DNA from: Chthoniobacterales bacterium
GTDB lineage: Bacteria > Verrucomicrobiota > Verrucomicrobiia > Chthoniobacterales > Chthoniobacteraceae
Length of the DNA: 64,000 bases
Reading direction: 5' to 3'
NCBI GenBank assembly: GCA_038207335.1
Contig: JBBQZX010000003.1
Location: 64,001-128,000, forward strand
Below are positions 49,735 through 58,869 of the stretch, one piece after another. How positions within the stretch are numbered: the stretch's first letter is position 1; each line of letters opens with the position of its first letter. The notes beneath the pieces were generated by a model. The model had not been told where the DNA came from. It did not search any database and worked only from the letters and a program-made list of their open reading frames with translations. The position numbers and the translations under genes were made by a program.

Positions 49735-49995
49735 ATGAACTTGAAAACCTCAACTGCCGCAAAGATCATGGCCACTCTTTCGCTGAGTGCTTTCAACGGT
49801 TGCTGCACGACGGCTGTTCTCGACGCGGCACACGGAGAGACCTGCACGGACAAGGACGGTCGAACGGTAGTGTGCGCGAAACCCCAACCTGCGGCTTACG
49901 CTCTCATGCCGCTCGCAGTCATTGGCAATACTTCCACGCTCCCGTATTGGCTCGCCTATACCGGCAATCTGGGTCTGATCAAAAACCCCATGTAG
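49735..49995 (+). CDS. Cassette 4: small lipoprotein-like protein (no downstream attC seen)
   Basis: LSLSAFNGC lipobox-like signal; starts 10 nt after attC3. Confidence 0.55.
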   Translation: MNLKTSTAAKIMATLSLSAFNGCCTTAVLDAAHGETCTDKDGRTVVCAKPQPAAYALMPLAVIGNTSTLPYWLAYTGNLGLIKNPM

Positions 49996-50175
49996 CTTGT
50001 GGCGATTTGTGGGTGCGAGCTTGCGGGGCGAGGGGACGGGAGCGTGCGCGCTTTCCGTTCAAGGTGTGGCAACCGGGCGGAGCGCTCGTCTCGACTCGAC
50101 GGGCTTTCCACATCGCCCCGCGCTCCCAAACCATTGCCGCGCGCGCATTCCCCGCATACCTTCCGCACCTTTTGC

Positions 50176-51447
50176 ATGAAAATCCTCGTCATCGGCGGCG
50201 GCGGGCGTGAGCACGCGCTGGTCTGGAAACTCCGCCAATCCCCGCGCGTCTCCGCGATCTTTTGCGCGCCCGGAAATGCCGGCATCGCCGAACTCGCGAC
50301 CTGCCTCCCGATCAAGGCCACCGATCAAACCGCGCTCCTCCGTTTCGCGCTCGCCGAGAAAATTGACCTCACCGTCGTCGGTCCCGATGACGTCCTCGCA
50401 GCCGGTCTCGTCGATCTTTTCGAAAGCAACGGCCTCCGCATCTTCGGCCCCACGAAAGCCGCCGCGCAGCTCGAGTCGTCCAAAGTTTTCGCGAAAGATT
50501 TCATGCAGCGCCACGGCATCCCGACGGCGCAATCGCGGAGCTTCGACGACAGCGCCGAGGCCCACCGATACTGTCAGCGCCTTGGTTTCCCGCTCGTCAT
50601 CAAGGCCGACGGGCTCGCGCTCGGCAAAGGCGTCATCATCGCCGCGAACGCGTGGAGCGCCGCGATGGCGATCCACGAGATCATGGAGCTGCGGCGCTTC
50701 GGCGACGCCGGGAGCCGCGTCGTGATCGAAGAATTTCTCACCGGCGAAGAGTGCTCCATCCACGCGCTCGTCGATGGTTCCAGCTACCTGCTTTTCCCCG
50801 GCGCGCAGGATCACAAGCGCGCGCTCGACGGCGACTGCGGGCCGAACACCGGCGGCATGGGTACCTTCAGCCCGCCCGCAAAACTGCTCACGCCCGAGAT
50901 GGAAACTCGCGTGCGCCGCGAAGTCCTCGACCCTTTCCTCGCCGGCCTCCGCGCGGACGGCATCGACTTCAAGGGAATGCTTTTCCCCGGCCTCATGATG
51001 ACCGCCGACGGGCCGAAAGTCCTCGAGTTCAACTGCCGCTTCGGAGACCCCGAGACGCAAGTCCTCCTCCCGCGCCTCGACGGCGACCTCGTCGATTTGC
51101 TCGACGCCACGATCGACGGGAAGCTCGATCAAATCTCCGCGAAATGGGGTGCCGAATCGGCCGTCTGCGTCGTGCTCGCCTCGGGCGGATACCCCGGCGA
51201 ATACACGACCGGCGAGCCCATCGCAGGCCTCGATGAGACGCGGGAAAATGTCGTCGTTTTCCACGCAGGCACACGCCGTGAGGGCGGAAAAATCGTCACC
51301 TTCGGCGGACGCGTGCTCGGAGTCACCGCGCTCGCGCCCGACCTCGAAAGCGCGCGCGAACTCGCCTACTCCGCCGTTGCTGGTATCGACTTTCCACGCT
51401 GCCATTTTCGCAAAGACATCGGCGCAAAGGGACTCCTCTCTCCATGA
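50176..51447 (+). CDS. purD: Phosphoribosylamine--glycine ligase
   Basis: MKILVIGGGGREHAL, APGNAG, KADGLALGKGV, QDHKR, NTGGMG, EFNCRFGDPE. Confidence 0.97.
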   Translation: MKILVIGGGGREHALVWKLRQSPRVSAIFCAPGNAGIAELATCLPIKATDQTALLRFALAEKIDLTVVGPDDVLAAGLVDLFESNGLRIFGPTKAAAQLESSKVFAKDFMQRHGIPTAQSRSFDDSAEAHRYCQRLGFPLVIKADGLALGKGVIIAANAWSAAMAIHEIMELRRFGDAGSRVVIEEFLTGEECSIHALVDGSSYLLFPGAQDHKRALDGDCGPNTGGMGTFSPPAKLLTPEMETRVRREVLDPFLAGLRADGIDFKGMLFPGLMMTADGPKVLEFNCRFGDPETQVLLPRLDGDLVDLLDATIDGKLDQISAKWGAESAVCVVLASGGYPGEYTTGEPIAGLDETRENVVVFHAGTRREGGKIVTFGGRVLGVTALAPDLESARELAYSAVAGIDFPRCHFRKDIGAKGLLSP

Positions 51448-52505
51448 AATCGCTCTCCGCACTCGCCGCGATTCTCGCGCTTTCTCTCGCCGCATTTGCC
51501 GAAACACCGGATCGCAAACCGCTCACCGCGCAGCAAGCCGTGGACGCGCTCACCGACGCCGATCTCGCGCAATTTCTCCCGCTGCTGAAGGAGAATTACA
51601 TCGACCCGAAAAAACTCGGCGACGCCGATGTTTCGCGCGCCACCGTGCAGGGGTTGCTCGATCGTCTCGCCCCGGGAGCCGCTATTTTACAGACATCCGA
51701 TGCGTCCACGCCCATCGCCGTGCCATTCCGCAGCGACATGATCGACGGTCGCGCCGGATACGTCCGCATCGGTTCGCTTACTCCCGCAAACGTCGCTGAA
51801 CTCGACACCGCGTTGCAAAAATTTGGAGGCAAACAAGCCGCCGTCATCCTCGACTTGCGCGCGACTCCGCCGGGCAGCGAATTCGACCAAGCCGCCGAGG
51901 TCTGCAAACGCTTTTGTCCAAAAGGCAAAGTGCTCTTCACGCTGAAAAGGCCGAATGCGAAGGAGGAGCGCATCCTCACGTCCCGCGACGAACCGCGCTT
52001 CCACGGACTGCTTGCCGTGCTCGTCGACCCCAACACTGCGGGCGCCGCCGAGGTCATCGCCGCCGTCCTCCGCACCCATGCAAAAGCGATGATCATCGGG
52101 CAGACGACGAAAGGCGAAGCCGCCGAATTTGCCGACATCGCGCTGCCGAGCGGCAAGTTCGTCCTGCACATCGCAGTGGGCGAAGTCGCGCTGCCCGAAA
52201 ACGTCGTCGTCTTCCCCGGCGGCGTGAAGCCCGACCTCGCCGTCGAAGTCCCGCAGGAAACCACCGACGCCGTCCTGCAAGCCGAACTCGAGCACGGCCT
52301 GCACGACCTCGTCACCGAAACCGAGCGCGCCCGCATGAACGAAGCCGCGCTCGTCTCCGGCACAAATCCCGAGCTCGACGCCTTCCAAGGCACCGGCAAA
52401 CGCTCCGACAAGTCCAAGCCCCCGCTGCGCGACACCGTCCTCCAGCGCGCTCTCGATTTCATCACCGCCGTCACGCTCTACGAAAAGAGCACCGGCACAA
52501 AGTAG
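51444..52505 (+). CDS. S41 (C-terminal processing) peptidase-like protein, degenerate active site
   Basis: GYVRI, ILDLR, NTAGAAEV, IGQTTKGE, GVKPD; signal peptide. Confidence 0.75.
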   Translation: MKSLSALAAILALSLAAFAETPDRKPLTAQQAVDALTDADLAQFLPLLKENYIDPKKLGDADVSRATVQGLLDRLAPGAAILQTSDASTPIAVPFRSDMIDGRAGYVRIGSLTPANVAELDTALQKFGGKQAAVILDLRATPPGSEFDQAAEVCKRFCPKGKVLFTLKRPNAKEERILTSRDEPRFHGLLAVLVDPNTAGAAEVIAAVLRTHAKAMIIGQTTKGEAAEFADIALPSGKFVLHIAVGEVALPENVVVFPGGVKPDLAVEVPQETTDAVLQAELEHGLHDLVTETERARMNEAALVSGTNPELDAFQGTGKRSDKSKPPLRDTVLQRALDFITAVTLYEKSTGTK

Positions 52506-52600
52506 CTCAGCGCGCGGGAGTCCGAGTTCAGGAGAACGCTGGTTGCAGTGTCCTGCCGCGCCTAGCAAAGCGCCGCCCGCGCGGTTCTCTCCAACTCAAA

Positions 52601-55600
52601 ATGAAGCGCTTCGCCGTCCTCTTCCTCACCCTCGTCTGTTCCGCTGCATTCGCCGTCGAGCCGTTTCGCGTCTTGATCTCCGGAGATGACAGCGAATCTG
52701 GGAAGACCTTCGCCGCCGATGTTTTCGCTGCCCTGAAAGAGCGCGGCGCGACCGCCACCGTCGCCGCGCCCGACACCGCGCACCTTGCCGCCGCCGATGT
52801 CCTCGTGCTTTTCGGCTCCGAAATGAAAGCGCTTCCCGAGACCGAGCGCGCACCGATCGAGGCCTTCGCAAAGCGCGGCGGCGGCATCGTCGCGCTGCAC
52901 GGCGCTACCGCCGCGCCGTGGATGCGCCCGCTGCTCGGCGGCTCGTGGGTCGATGGAAAGAGCAGCGAATTTCGCAGCAAGATGATGGTCTACGTCGCCA
53001 CCGATCAGCACCCGATCGTTGCAGGCGCGTCGCCTTTCGACCTCGACGACGAGACGCTCTACGACCTTGACCTCGATCCGAAAATCACCGTTCTCGCCTC
53101 CGCCTTCACGCCGAAAGTCACCGGCCTGCGCGGCGACCAGCTCGAGCGCCGCCAGCGCCAGGCCAAGGCCGACCGCGCAAACGTCTATGATCTCCAGCCG
53201 CAGATTTGGGCCTTCGAGGGCGAGGACGCGCACCGCGCCGTCGTGCTGTTGCCGGGCGCGCCCGAGACGCTGAAGCACGCGAGCATCCGCACCTTCATCC
53301 AGCGCGGAATCGCGTGGGCCGGGCACCGCGACGACCTCGACGAACTCTCCTCGCCAGCCGACCTCGCGAGCCTGCGCTACCCCGCCGCCGGCCCCGAGCG
53401 CGCCGAGGACACCGTGAAGCAGTTCGAAATCGCGCCCGGCTTTCGCGCCAGCGTCGCCGCCGCCGAGCCACTCATCAACAAACCGATCGCCGTCCAGTGG
53501 GACGCCGCCGGCCGCCTGTGGGTCGCCGAGACGCCCGAGTATCCGAACGGCCGCCGCCCGCTCGTGACCGAGCCGTGGAAGGAAACCGGCACGCTCGAGC
53601 CCGGCAAATACGACCGGCCCGCCGAGGATCGCATCAGCATCCTGAGCGACCCGGACGCGAGCGGGCGCTTCACGAAGAAGCGCGTGTTCTTCCAGGGGTT
53701 GGAGCTGGTTACTGGCTTCTGCATTTACCGCGACGGCGTCATCGCGCTGGCGCAGCCGGATATCGTCTTTATCCACGGCGAAGGCGCAGGGCAGAAGGTG
53801 GAGCGGCTTTTCACCGGGTTCACGCCGGGCGACACGCACTTCGTCGGCAACCACCTCATCGTGGCGGCGGACGGGTGGGTTTACGCCAGCATGGGCGGGG
53901 GCGCGGAGGTGAAAAAGCCCGACGGCAAGGAAGTCATCGCGCGCATCAGCTCGGGGATGTTTCGCTTCCGGCCCGACGGCTCCGCGATCGAGCAGGTCTC
54001 CTCGAAGGGCGGCAACGGCTTCGGTGCGGACGTGACGAGCGACGGCGAGCTGTTCTTCGGCCAGGCGACGAGCGGCAACCCCGTCCAGCACGTCGCCCTG
54101 CCCGAGTCCACGCTCGAGCTGGGAAAGGTGGGCACGCAGGGAGGCGCGCAGTCGGTGATCGCCGGGCGCAAGGTGGTCGTCCCGCATATGCCGGACCGGA
54201 TGCCGCTCATGCAGATCGACCAGGTCGGCGGCTACAGCTCCGCGTGCGCGAGCCTCGTCTATGAAGGCGGCGCATGGCCCGCGGAGTTCGCCGGCTCCAT
54301 CTTCTGCACCGAGCCGATCCTGAATATCGTCCACCACGAGATCCTGCACGCCAGCGGCGCGACCTTCACCGGCGAGATGGTGCGGAAAGACGCGGAGTTC
54401 ATCCACTCGCCCGACTACTGGTTCCGCCCGATTGATGTCTCCTGCGGCCCCGACGGCGCACTTTACATCCTCGATCTCTACAACCCCGTCATCGCCCATA
54501 GCGACTCCCGCGGGCCGCAGCACAGCCGCTCGGGTGCCTCCGTGAGGCCGGACCGGGAGCACTACTTCGGGCGCATCTACCGCGTCCAGCACGAGCAGGC
54601 GCAGCGACTCCCGGTGCCCGACCTGTCCCACGCCAGCGCCGTCGATCTGGCAAAAGCCCTGAGCCACCCCAACCGCACCGTCCGCTCGAATGCGCTCCGC
54701 GTCCTCATGGAGAAATCGCCCGCTGAAATCGCCCCTGTGCTCACCCCGATCGCGGAGACGAGCACCTTCACCCCCGCGCGCATCCTCGCGCTCTGGGGCC
54801 TCCAGCGCGTCGGCGCACTCAGCAGCGCCCAGATGAAAGTCGCGCTCCACGACACCGACCCCGCGATCCGCAAAACCGCCGCCCTCATCGCCGAAGCCGC
54901 CTCCGCGGACGCCGTCCAGTCCGACCTCGCCGCCGGTCTCAGCGACCCCGACCCGCGCGCCCGCATCGCCATGCTGCGCGGTCTCGCCGCCTGCAAACTC
55001 ACTCCCGCCGCCGCCGTCGCGCTCATCGCCATCTTCCCGCAGCTCACCGACGACCTAACCAAATCCGCCGCCGTCGCCGCCGCCGCCAGCAGCCCTGGAG
55101 CCGTCATTGAAGCCGCCTTCGACGCCGCGAATCCCGACGCCCTCGCCCAACTCGTCGGCAATATCGCCGCCGTCGTCGTCGAGAAACAGGACGCTGACAC
55201 CTTCGCCCGGCTCATCTCCGCAATGCCCGCCAAGCCCGCCGCCGCCGATCCCCTCAAGCGCATCGTCCTAGTCGCCGCCGCGACCGTGAAGGCTCAACCG
55301 GCCACCGCCGTTTCTGCCAGCGTCCTCCGCGCACTCCTCACCTCACCCGACGAAACCCTCCGCACCTCCGCACTCCCGCTCGCTGCGACCTGGGACAAAT
55401 CCGGCGCGCTCCAACCCGACGTGCAGACTGCCATCGCCCCCCTCCTCGCCCAACTCGCCGACCCCAAACTGCCCGACGACCGCCGCGCACAACTCGCCAC
55501 CAGCCTCATCGGCGCCCGCGCCGCCAGCCCCGACATCCTCCCCGCCATCCGAAAGCTCCTCAACGACCCCGACGCCTCTGAGCCCCTCAAGCGCACCGTC

Positions 55601-56917
55601 ATCGCCGCCCTCGGCGCCACCGGCGACCCCGCCGTCGGCCCCCTCCTCGTCGGTGCCTTCGACGCCCTCCCGGCCCTCGTGCAGCCTGCCGCCTTCGACA
55701 TCCTCCTCTCCCGCGTCGAGTGGACCACCGCGTTCCTCGACGCGATCGAGGGCCAGAAAGTCCAAATCGCCGCGCTCGGCCCCGCCAATCTCTTCCGCCT
55801 CCGCACCCACCCCCAGCGCGCACTCGCCCAGCGCGCCACCGCCCTCCTCGACACCCTGCGCAAGACCAACACCGACAAAGACGCCGTCATCGCCCAGCTC
55901 ACCCCGCTCGTCACCCGGCCGGGGAATGCAGAGCACGGGCGCGAGCTCTTCACCCAGACCTGCGCCATCTGCCACCGCCTCGGCGACCTCGGAAAAGACA
56001 TCGGCCCCGTCCTCACCGGCATCGGTGCCCACGGCCCCGAGCAACTCCTCGTCACCATCGTCGATCCGAACCGCCAGATCGACGCCGGCTTCGAGCTCTA
56101 CAACGTCGAAACCCGCGACGGCACCCTCCAGGCCGGCATCCTCGCCCAGGAAAACGACGCGCGCATCGTCCTCCGCTCCCAGGCCGGCGACATCGAGGTC
56201 CCCAAGGCCAACATCAAATCCAGCGTCAACACCCACCGCTCCCTCATGCCCGAAGGCTTTGAGGCCCTCGGCCCCGACTCCCTGCGCGACCTCCTCACCT
56301 TTCTCTGCGGCAGCGAGACGCGCTACCGCGTGCTCGACCTCTCCCGCGCCTTCACCGCCGATACCCGCCGCGGCCTCTACCAGTCCCAGGAAGCCGTCGG
56401 CGACACCTTCGTCTTCACGAAATTCGGCGTCTCAGTCGTCGCCGGCATCCCCTTCGACATCGTCAATCCCGCCCAAAGCCTCCTCGGCGGCAACATCATC
56501 GTCCTACGCGGTGGCGGGCGCGAATCCTTCGCCCACACCCTCCCCCAGCGCGTCGAGGTGAAAGTCGGCCTGCCAGTGCGGGCGTTCGCCTTCCTCGGCG
56601 GCGTCGCCGGCTGGGGCTCCCGCAAAGCCGACCCCGATGGCAAAGCCATCATGAAAGTCACCTCCGTCTTCGCCGACGGCGAAAGCGAAAGCGTCACCCT
56701 CCACAACGGCATCGAATTTGCCGACTACGCCGGCACCACCGAAGTCCCCGGCTCCCAACCCGCCGACAGCATCACCCGCGAAAAGCAAATGCGCTGGTTC
56801 ACCATCCCCTTAAAAAAGCGCGGAGTCGTCGAAAAGCTCATCCTCGAGAGCCTCGACAACGGCCCCGCGGCCACCACGGTCGCCATCACCGCCGACCTCG
56901 GCGAGCCCGCACATTGA
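52601..56917 (+). CDS. PVC-type heme-binding CxxCH protein (ThuA-like + dehydrogenase propeller + HEAT + cytochrome c)
   Basis: GGGIVALH, WDAAGRLWVAE..EYP, FRPID...GPDGALYI.D, HEAT repeats, CAICH, GPVLT, SLMPEG. Confidence 0.9.
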   Translation: MKRFAVLFLTLVCSAAFAVEPFRVLISGDDSESGKTFAADVFAALKERGATATVAAPDTAHLAAADVLVLFGSEMKALPETERAPIEAFAKRGGGIVALHGATAAPWMRPLLGGSWVDGKSSEFRSKMMVYVATDQHPIVAGASPFDLDDETLYDLDLDPKITVLASAFTPKVTGLRGDQLERRQRQAKADRANVYDLQPQIWAFEGEDAHRAVVLLPGAPETLKHASIRTFIQRGIAWAGHRDDLDELSSPADLASLRYPAAGPERAEDTVKQFEIAPGFRASVAAAEPLINKPIAVQWDAAGRLWVAETPEYPNGRRPLVTEPWKETGTLEPGKYDRPAEDRISILSDPDASGRFTKKRVFFQGLELVTGFCIYRDGVIALAQPDIVFIHGEGAGQKVERLFTGFTPGDTHFVGNHLIVAADGWVYASMGGGAEVKKPDGKEVIARISSGMFRFRPDGSAIEQVSSKGGNGFGADVTSDGELFFGQATSGNPVQHVALPESTLELGKVGTQGGAQSVIAGRKVVVPHMPDRMPLMQIDQVGGYSSACASLVYEGGAWPAEFAGSIFCTEPILNIVHHEILHASGATFTGEMVRKDAEFIHSPDYWFRPIDVSCGPDGALYILDLYNPVIAHSDSRGPQHSRSGASVRPDREHYFGRIYRVQHEQAQRLPVPDLSHASAVDLAKALSHPNRTVRSNALRVLMEKSPAEIAPVLTPIAETSTFTPARILALWGLQRVGALSSAQMKVALHDTDPAIRKTAALIAEAASADAVQSDLAAGLSDPDPRARIAMLRGLAACKLTPAAAVALIAIFPQLTDDLTKSAAVAAAASSPGAVIEAAFDAANPDALAQLVGNIAAVVVEKQDADTFARLISAMPAKPAAADPLKRIVLVAAATVKAQPATAVSASVLRALLTSPDETLRTSALPLAATWDKSGALQPDVQTAIAPLLAQLADPKLPDDRRAQLATSLIGARAASPDILPAIRKLLNDPDASEPLKRTVIAALGATGDPAVGPLLVGAFDALPALVQPAAFDILLSRVEWTTAFLDAIEGQKVQIAALGPANLFRLRTHPQRALAQRATALLDTLRKTNTDKDAVIAQLTPLVTRPGNAEHGRELFTQTCAICHRLGDLGKDIGPVLTGIGAHGPEQLLVTIVDPNRQIDAGFELYNVETRDGTLQAGILAQENDARIVLRSQAGDIEVPKANIKSSVNTHRSLMPEGFEALGPDSLRDLLTFLCGSETRYRVLDLSRAFTADTRRGLYQSQEAVGDTFVFTKFGVSVVAGIPFDIVNPAQSLLGGNIIVLRGGGRESFAHTLPQRVEVKVGLPVRAFAFLGGVAGWGSRKADPDGKAIMKVTSVFADGESESVTLHNGIEFADYAGTTEVPGSQPADSITREKQMRWFTIPLKKRGVVEKLILESLDNGPAATTVAITADLGEPAH

Positions 56918-56928
56918 GCTGAGAGCAC

Positions 56929-56959
56929 TTGACGTGTGTAACCTTCACGGTTACATATT
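56929..56959 (+). promoter_or_regulatory. Sigma70-like promoter overlapped by Rrf2 operator palindrome
   Basis: TTGACG at 56929; TGTAACC-ttcac-GGTTACA at 56937-56955, just before the Rrf2 ATG at 56969. Confidence 0.75.
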
Positions 56960-56968
56960 CCGCCGCCA

Positions 56969-57436
56969 ATGGCCGCAAGTTGCAGATTCGCTTTCGCAGT
57001 CCACATCCTCGCCGTCCTCGCCTCAAAGGGCGGGCAGGGCGTCACCTCCGACGCGCTCGCCGGCAGCGTGAATACCAACCCCGTTGTCATCCGGCGGCTG
57101 CTTACGGCGCTGAACCGCGCGGGGCTCATCGACACAAAAAAGGGCGCGGGCTCCGGCTCCACGCTCAGCCGCGCGCCGGGCGAGATTTCGCTCGATGAAA
57201 TCTACCGCGCCACCGAGCCCGCCCCGGCCTTTGCCGCGCACCCGCACAAGCCAAACGTCCGCTGCCTCGTCGGCCGCAATATCACCGCCGTGCTCGACTC
57301 CGTCTTCGCCTCAGCGCAGGTCGCGCTCGAGGACGAACTTGGCCGCCGCACCCTCGCCGACGTGCTCACCACCGTGACCGACGACCTCGCGAAGCCCGGG
57401 CGCAAAACATCCGCCCGCGCCCGCAAGTCCGCCTGA
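56969..57436 (+). CDS. Rrf2-family transcriptional regulator (YwnA/SifR/HypR-like, no 3-Cys Fe-S motif)
   Basis: RFAFAVHIL, TSDALAGSVNTNPVVIRR, ISLDEIY, CLVG. Confidence 0.9.
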   Translation: MAASCRFAFAVHILAVLASKGGQGVTSDALAGSVNTNPVVIRRLLTALNRAGLIDTKKGAGSGSTLSRAPGEISLDEIYRATEPAPAFAAHPHKPNVRCLVGRNITAVLDSVFASAQVALEDELGRRTLADVLTTVTDDLAKPGRKTSARARKSA

Positions 57437-57472
57437 GCCTGCTTTTCCGATCCATCCGCAAATCCACACCAC

Positions 57473-58837
57473 ATGTACCTCGACACCGCGCACCTCGACC
57501 CGCCAGCCGTCTCGACCTCACCCGCACAGCCCGTCACCGCCGACCATCGCGATCTTCGCCGCGACGACTTCTGGCGCATCATCCCGGCCTACTCGCACGT
57601 CTCCGCCGCCGAGTTTCGCACCCATCAGTTTCAGCAAAAGCACGCAGTCACAAACGTCCGCCAGCTCCGCGAGACGCTCGGCTACCTGGTGCCGGATTCC
57701 TTTTTCGACGACCTTACCTCCGGCATCCAGAACGCCCCGATGGCCCTCCGCATCTCGCCGTATCTCCTCGGCCTCATCGACTGGCGCGACCCGCTCGGCG
57801 ACCCGATCCGCACGCAATTCATCCCGCTCCGCAGCCAGCAGCAGCCGAACCACCCCATGCTGCAATTCGACTCGCTCAACGAGCAGGGCGACTCCCCCGT
57901 GCCCGGCCTCACGCACCGCTATCGCGACAAAGCGCTCTTTCTCCCCATCGCCACTTGCCCCGTCTATTGCCGCTTCTGCACCCGCAGCTACGCCGTCGGT
58001 GCGGACACCGAAGTCGTCGGCGAAAAGCTCAAACTCAGCGCCAGCCTCGCCCGTTGGGAGCAGGCCTTTGCCTACATCGAGTCCCGCCCTGAGCTCGAAG
58101 ACATCGTCGTCTCCGGCGGCGACACCTACAATTTGAAGCCCGAGCACCTCCAGCTCATCGGCGAGCGCCTCCTCCGCATGGCGAACATCCGCCGCATCCG
58201 TTTCGCCACCAAAGGCCTCTGCGTCATGCCGCAGAAAATCCTCAGCGACGACGCCTGGCTCGATGCCCTCACCCGTGTCGTCGAGCTCAGCCGCGCCCTG
58301 CACAAAGACGTCGTCGTCCACACCCATTTCAATCACCCCAACGAAATCACCGGCATCACGCAGGACGCCATGAACCGCCTCACCGAGCGCGGCATCCACG
58401 TCCGCTGCCAGACCGTTCTCCAGCGCACCGTCAATGATTCACCCGCCACGATGCAGCTCCACATCCGCCGCCTCAGCTACGTGAACGTGCATCCCTACTA
58501 CGTCTTCTTTCACGACATGGTGCCCGGCGTGGAGGACCTCCGCACCACCCTCGACAGCGGCCTCCAGCTCGAGAAACACGTCCGCGGCCACAGCGCCGGC
58601 TTCAACACCCCCGCCTTCGTCGTCGATACCATGGGCGGCGGCGGCAAGCGCGACGCCCACAGCTTCGAGAGCTACAACCGCGACACCGGCATCGCCGTCT
58701 TCACCAGCCCCAGCGTCCGGCCGGGTAAAAAGTTCCTCTACTTCGACCCACTCGGCTCCCTCGACGACACGCACCAATGGCGCTGGACCCAGCCCACTGA
58801 GCGCCGCGCCATGATCGACGAAGCCCTCGGAGTATAA
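57473..58837 (+). CDS. KamA-family radical SAM aminomutase
   Basis: LTHRY.DK, CPVYCRFCTR, SGGD, HFNHPNE, PYY, GGGGK PLP-lysine motif. Confidence 0.88.
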   Translation: MYLDTAHLDPPAVSTSPAQPVTADHRDLRRDDFWRIIPAYSHVSAAEFRTHQFQQKHAVTNVRQLRETLGYLVPDSFFDDLTSGIQNAPMALRISPYLLGLIDWRDPLGDPIRTQFIPLRSQQQPNHPMLQFDSLNEQGDSPVPGLTHRYRDKALFLPIATCPVYCRFCTRSYAVGADTEVVGEKLKLSASLARWEQAFAYIESRPELEDIVVSGGDTYNLKPEHLQLIGERLLRMANIRRIRFATKGLCVMPQKILSDDAWLDALTRVVELSRALHKDVVVHTHFNHPNEITGITQDAMNRLTERGIHVRCQTVLQRTVNDSPATMQLHIRRLSYVNVHPYYVFFHDMVPGVEDLRTTLDSGLQLEKHVRGHSAGFNTPAFVVDTMGGGGKRDAHSFESYNRDTGIAVFTSPSVRPGKKFLYFDPLGSLDDTHQWRWTQPTERRAMIDEALGV

Positions 58838-58869
58838 CGGACCAATCCCGTCCCGCCCTGCAAGTTCAG

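Larger units (their letters stand above)
48142..49995 (+). mobile_element. Integron cassette array without adjacent integrase (CALIN): 4 cassettes, 3 attC
   Basis: Core site GTTAGGC at 48142; three homologous attC elements alternate with short co-oriented, lower-GC ORFs. Confidence 0.85.

Noticed and set aside
51914..52600. N-terminal extension of the 1667-aa ORF
   Set aside because: It overlaps the S41-like gene out of frame; the signal peptide begins at ATG 52601.
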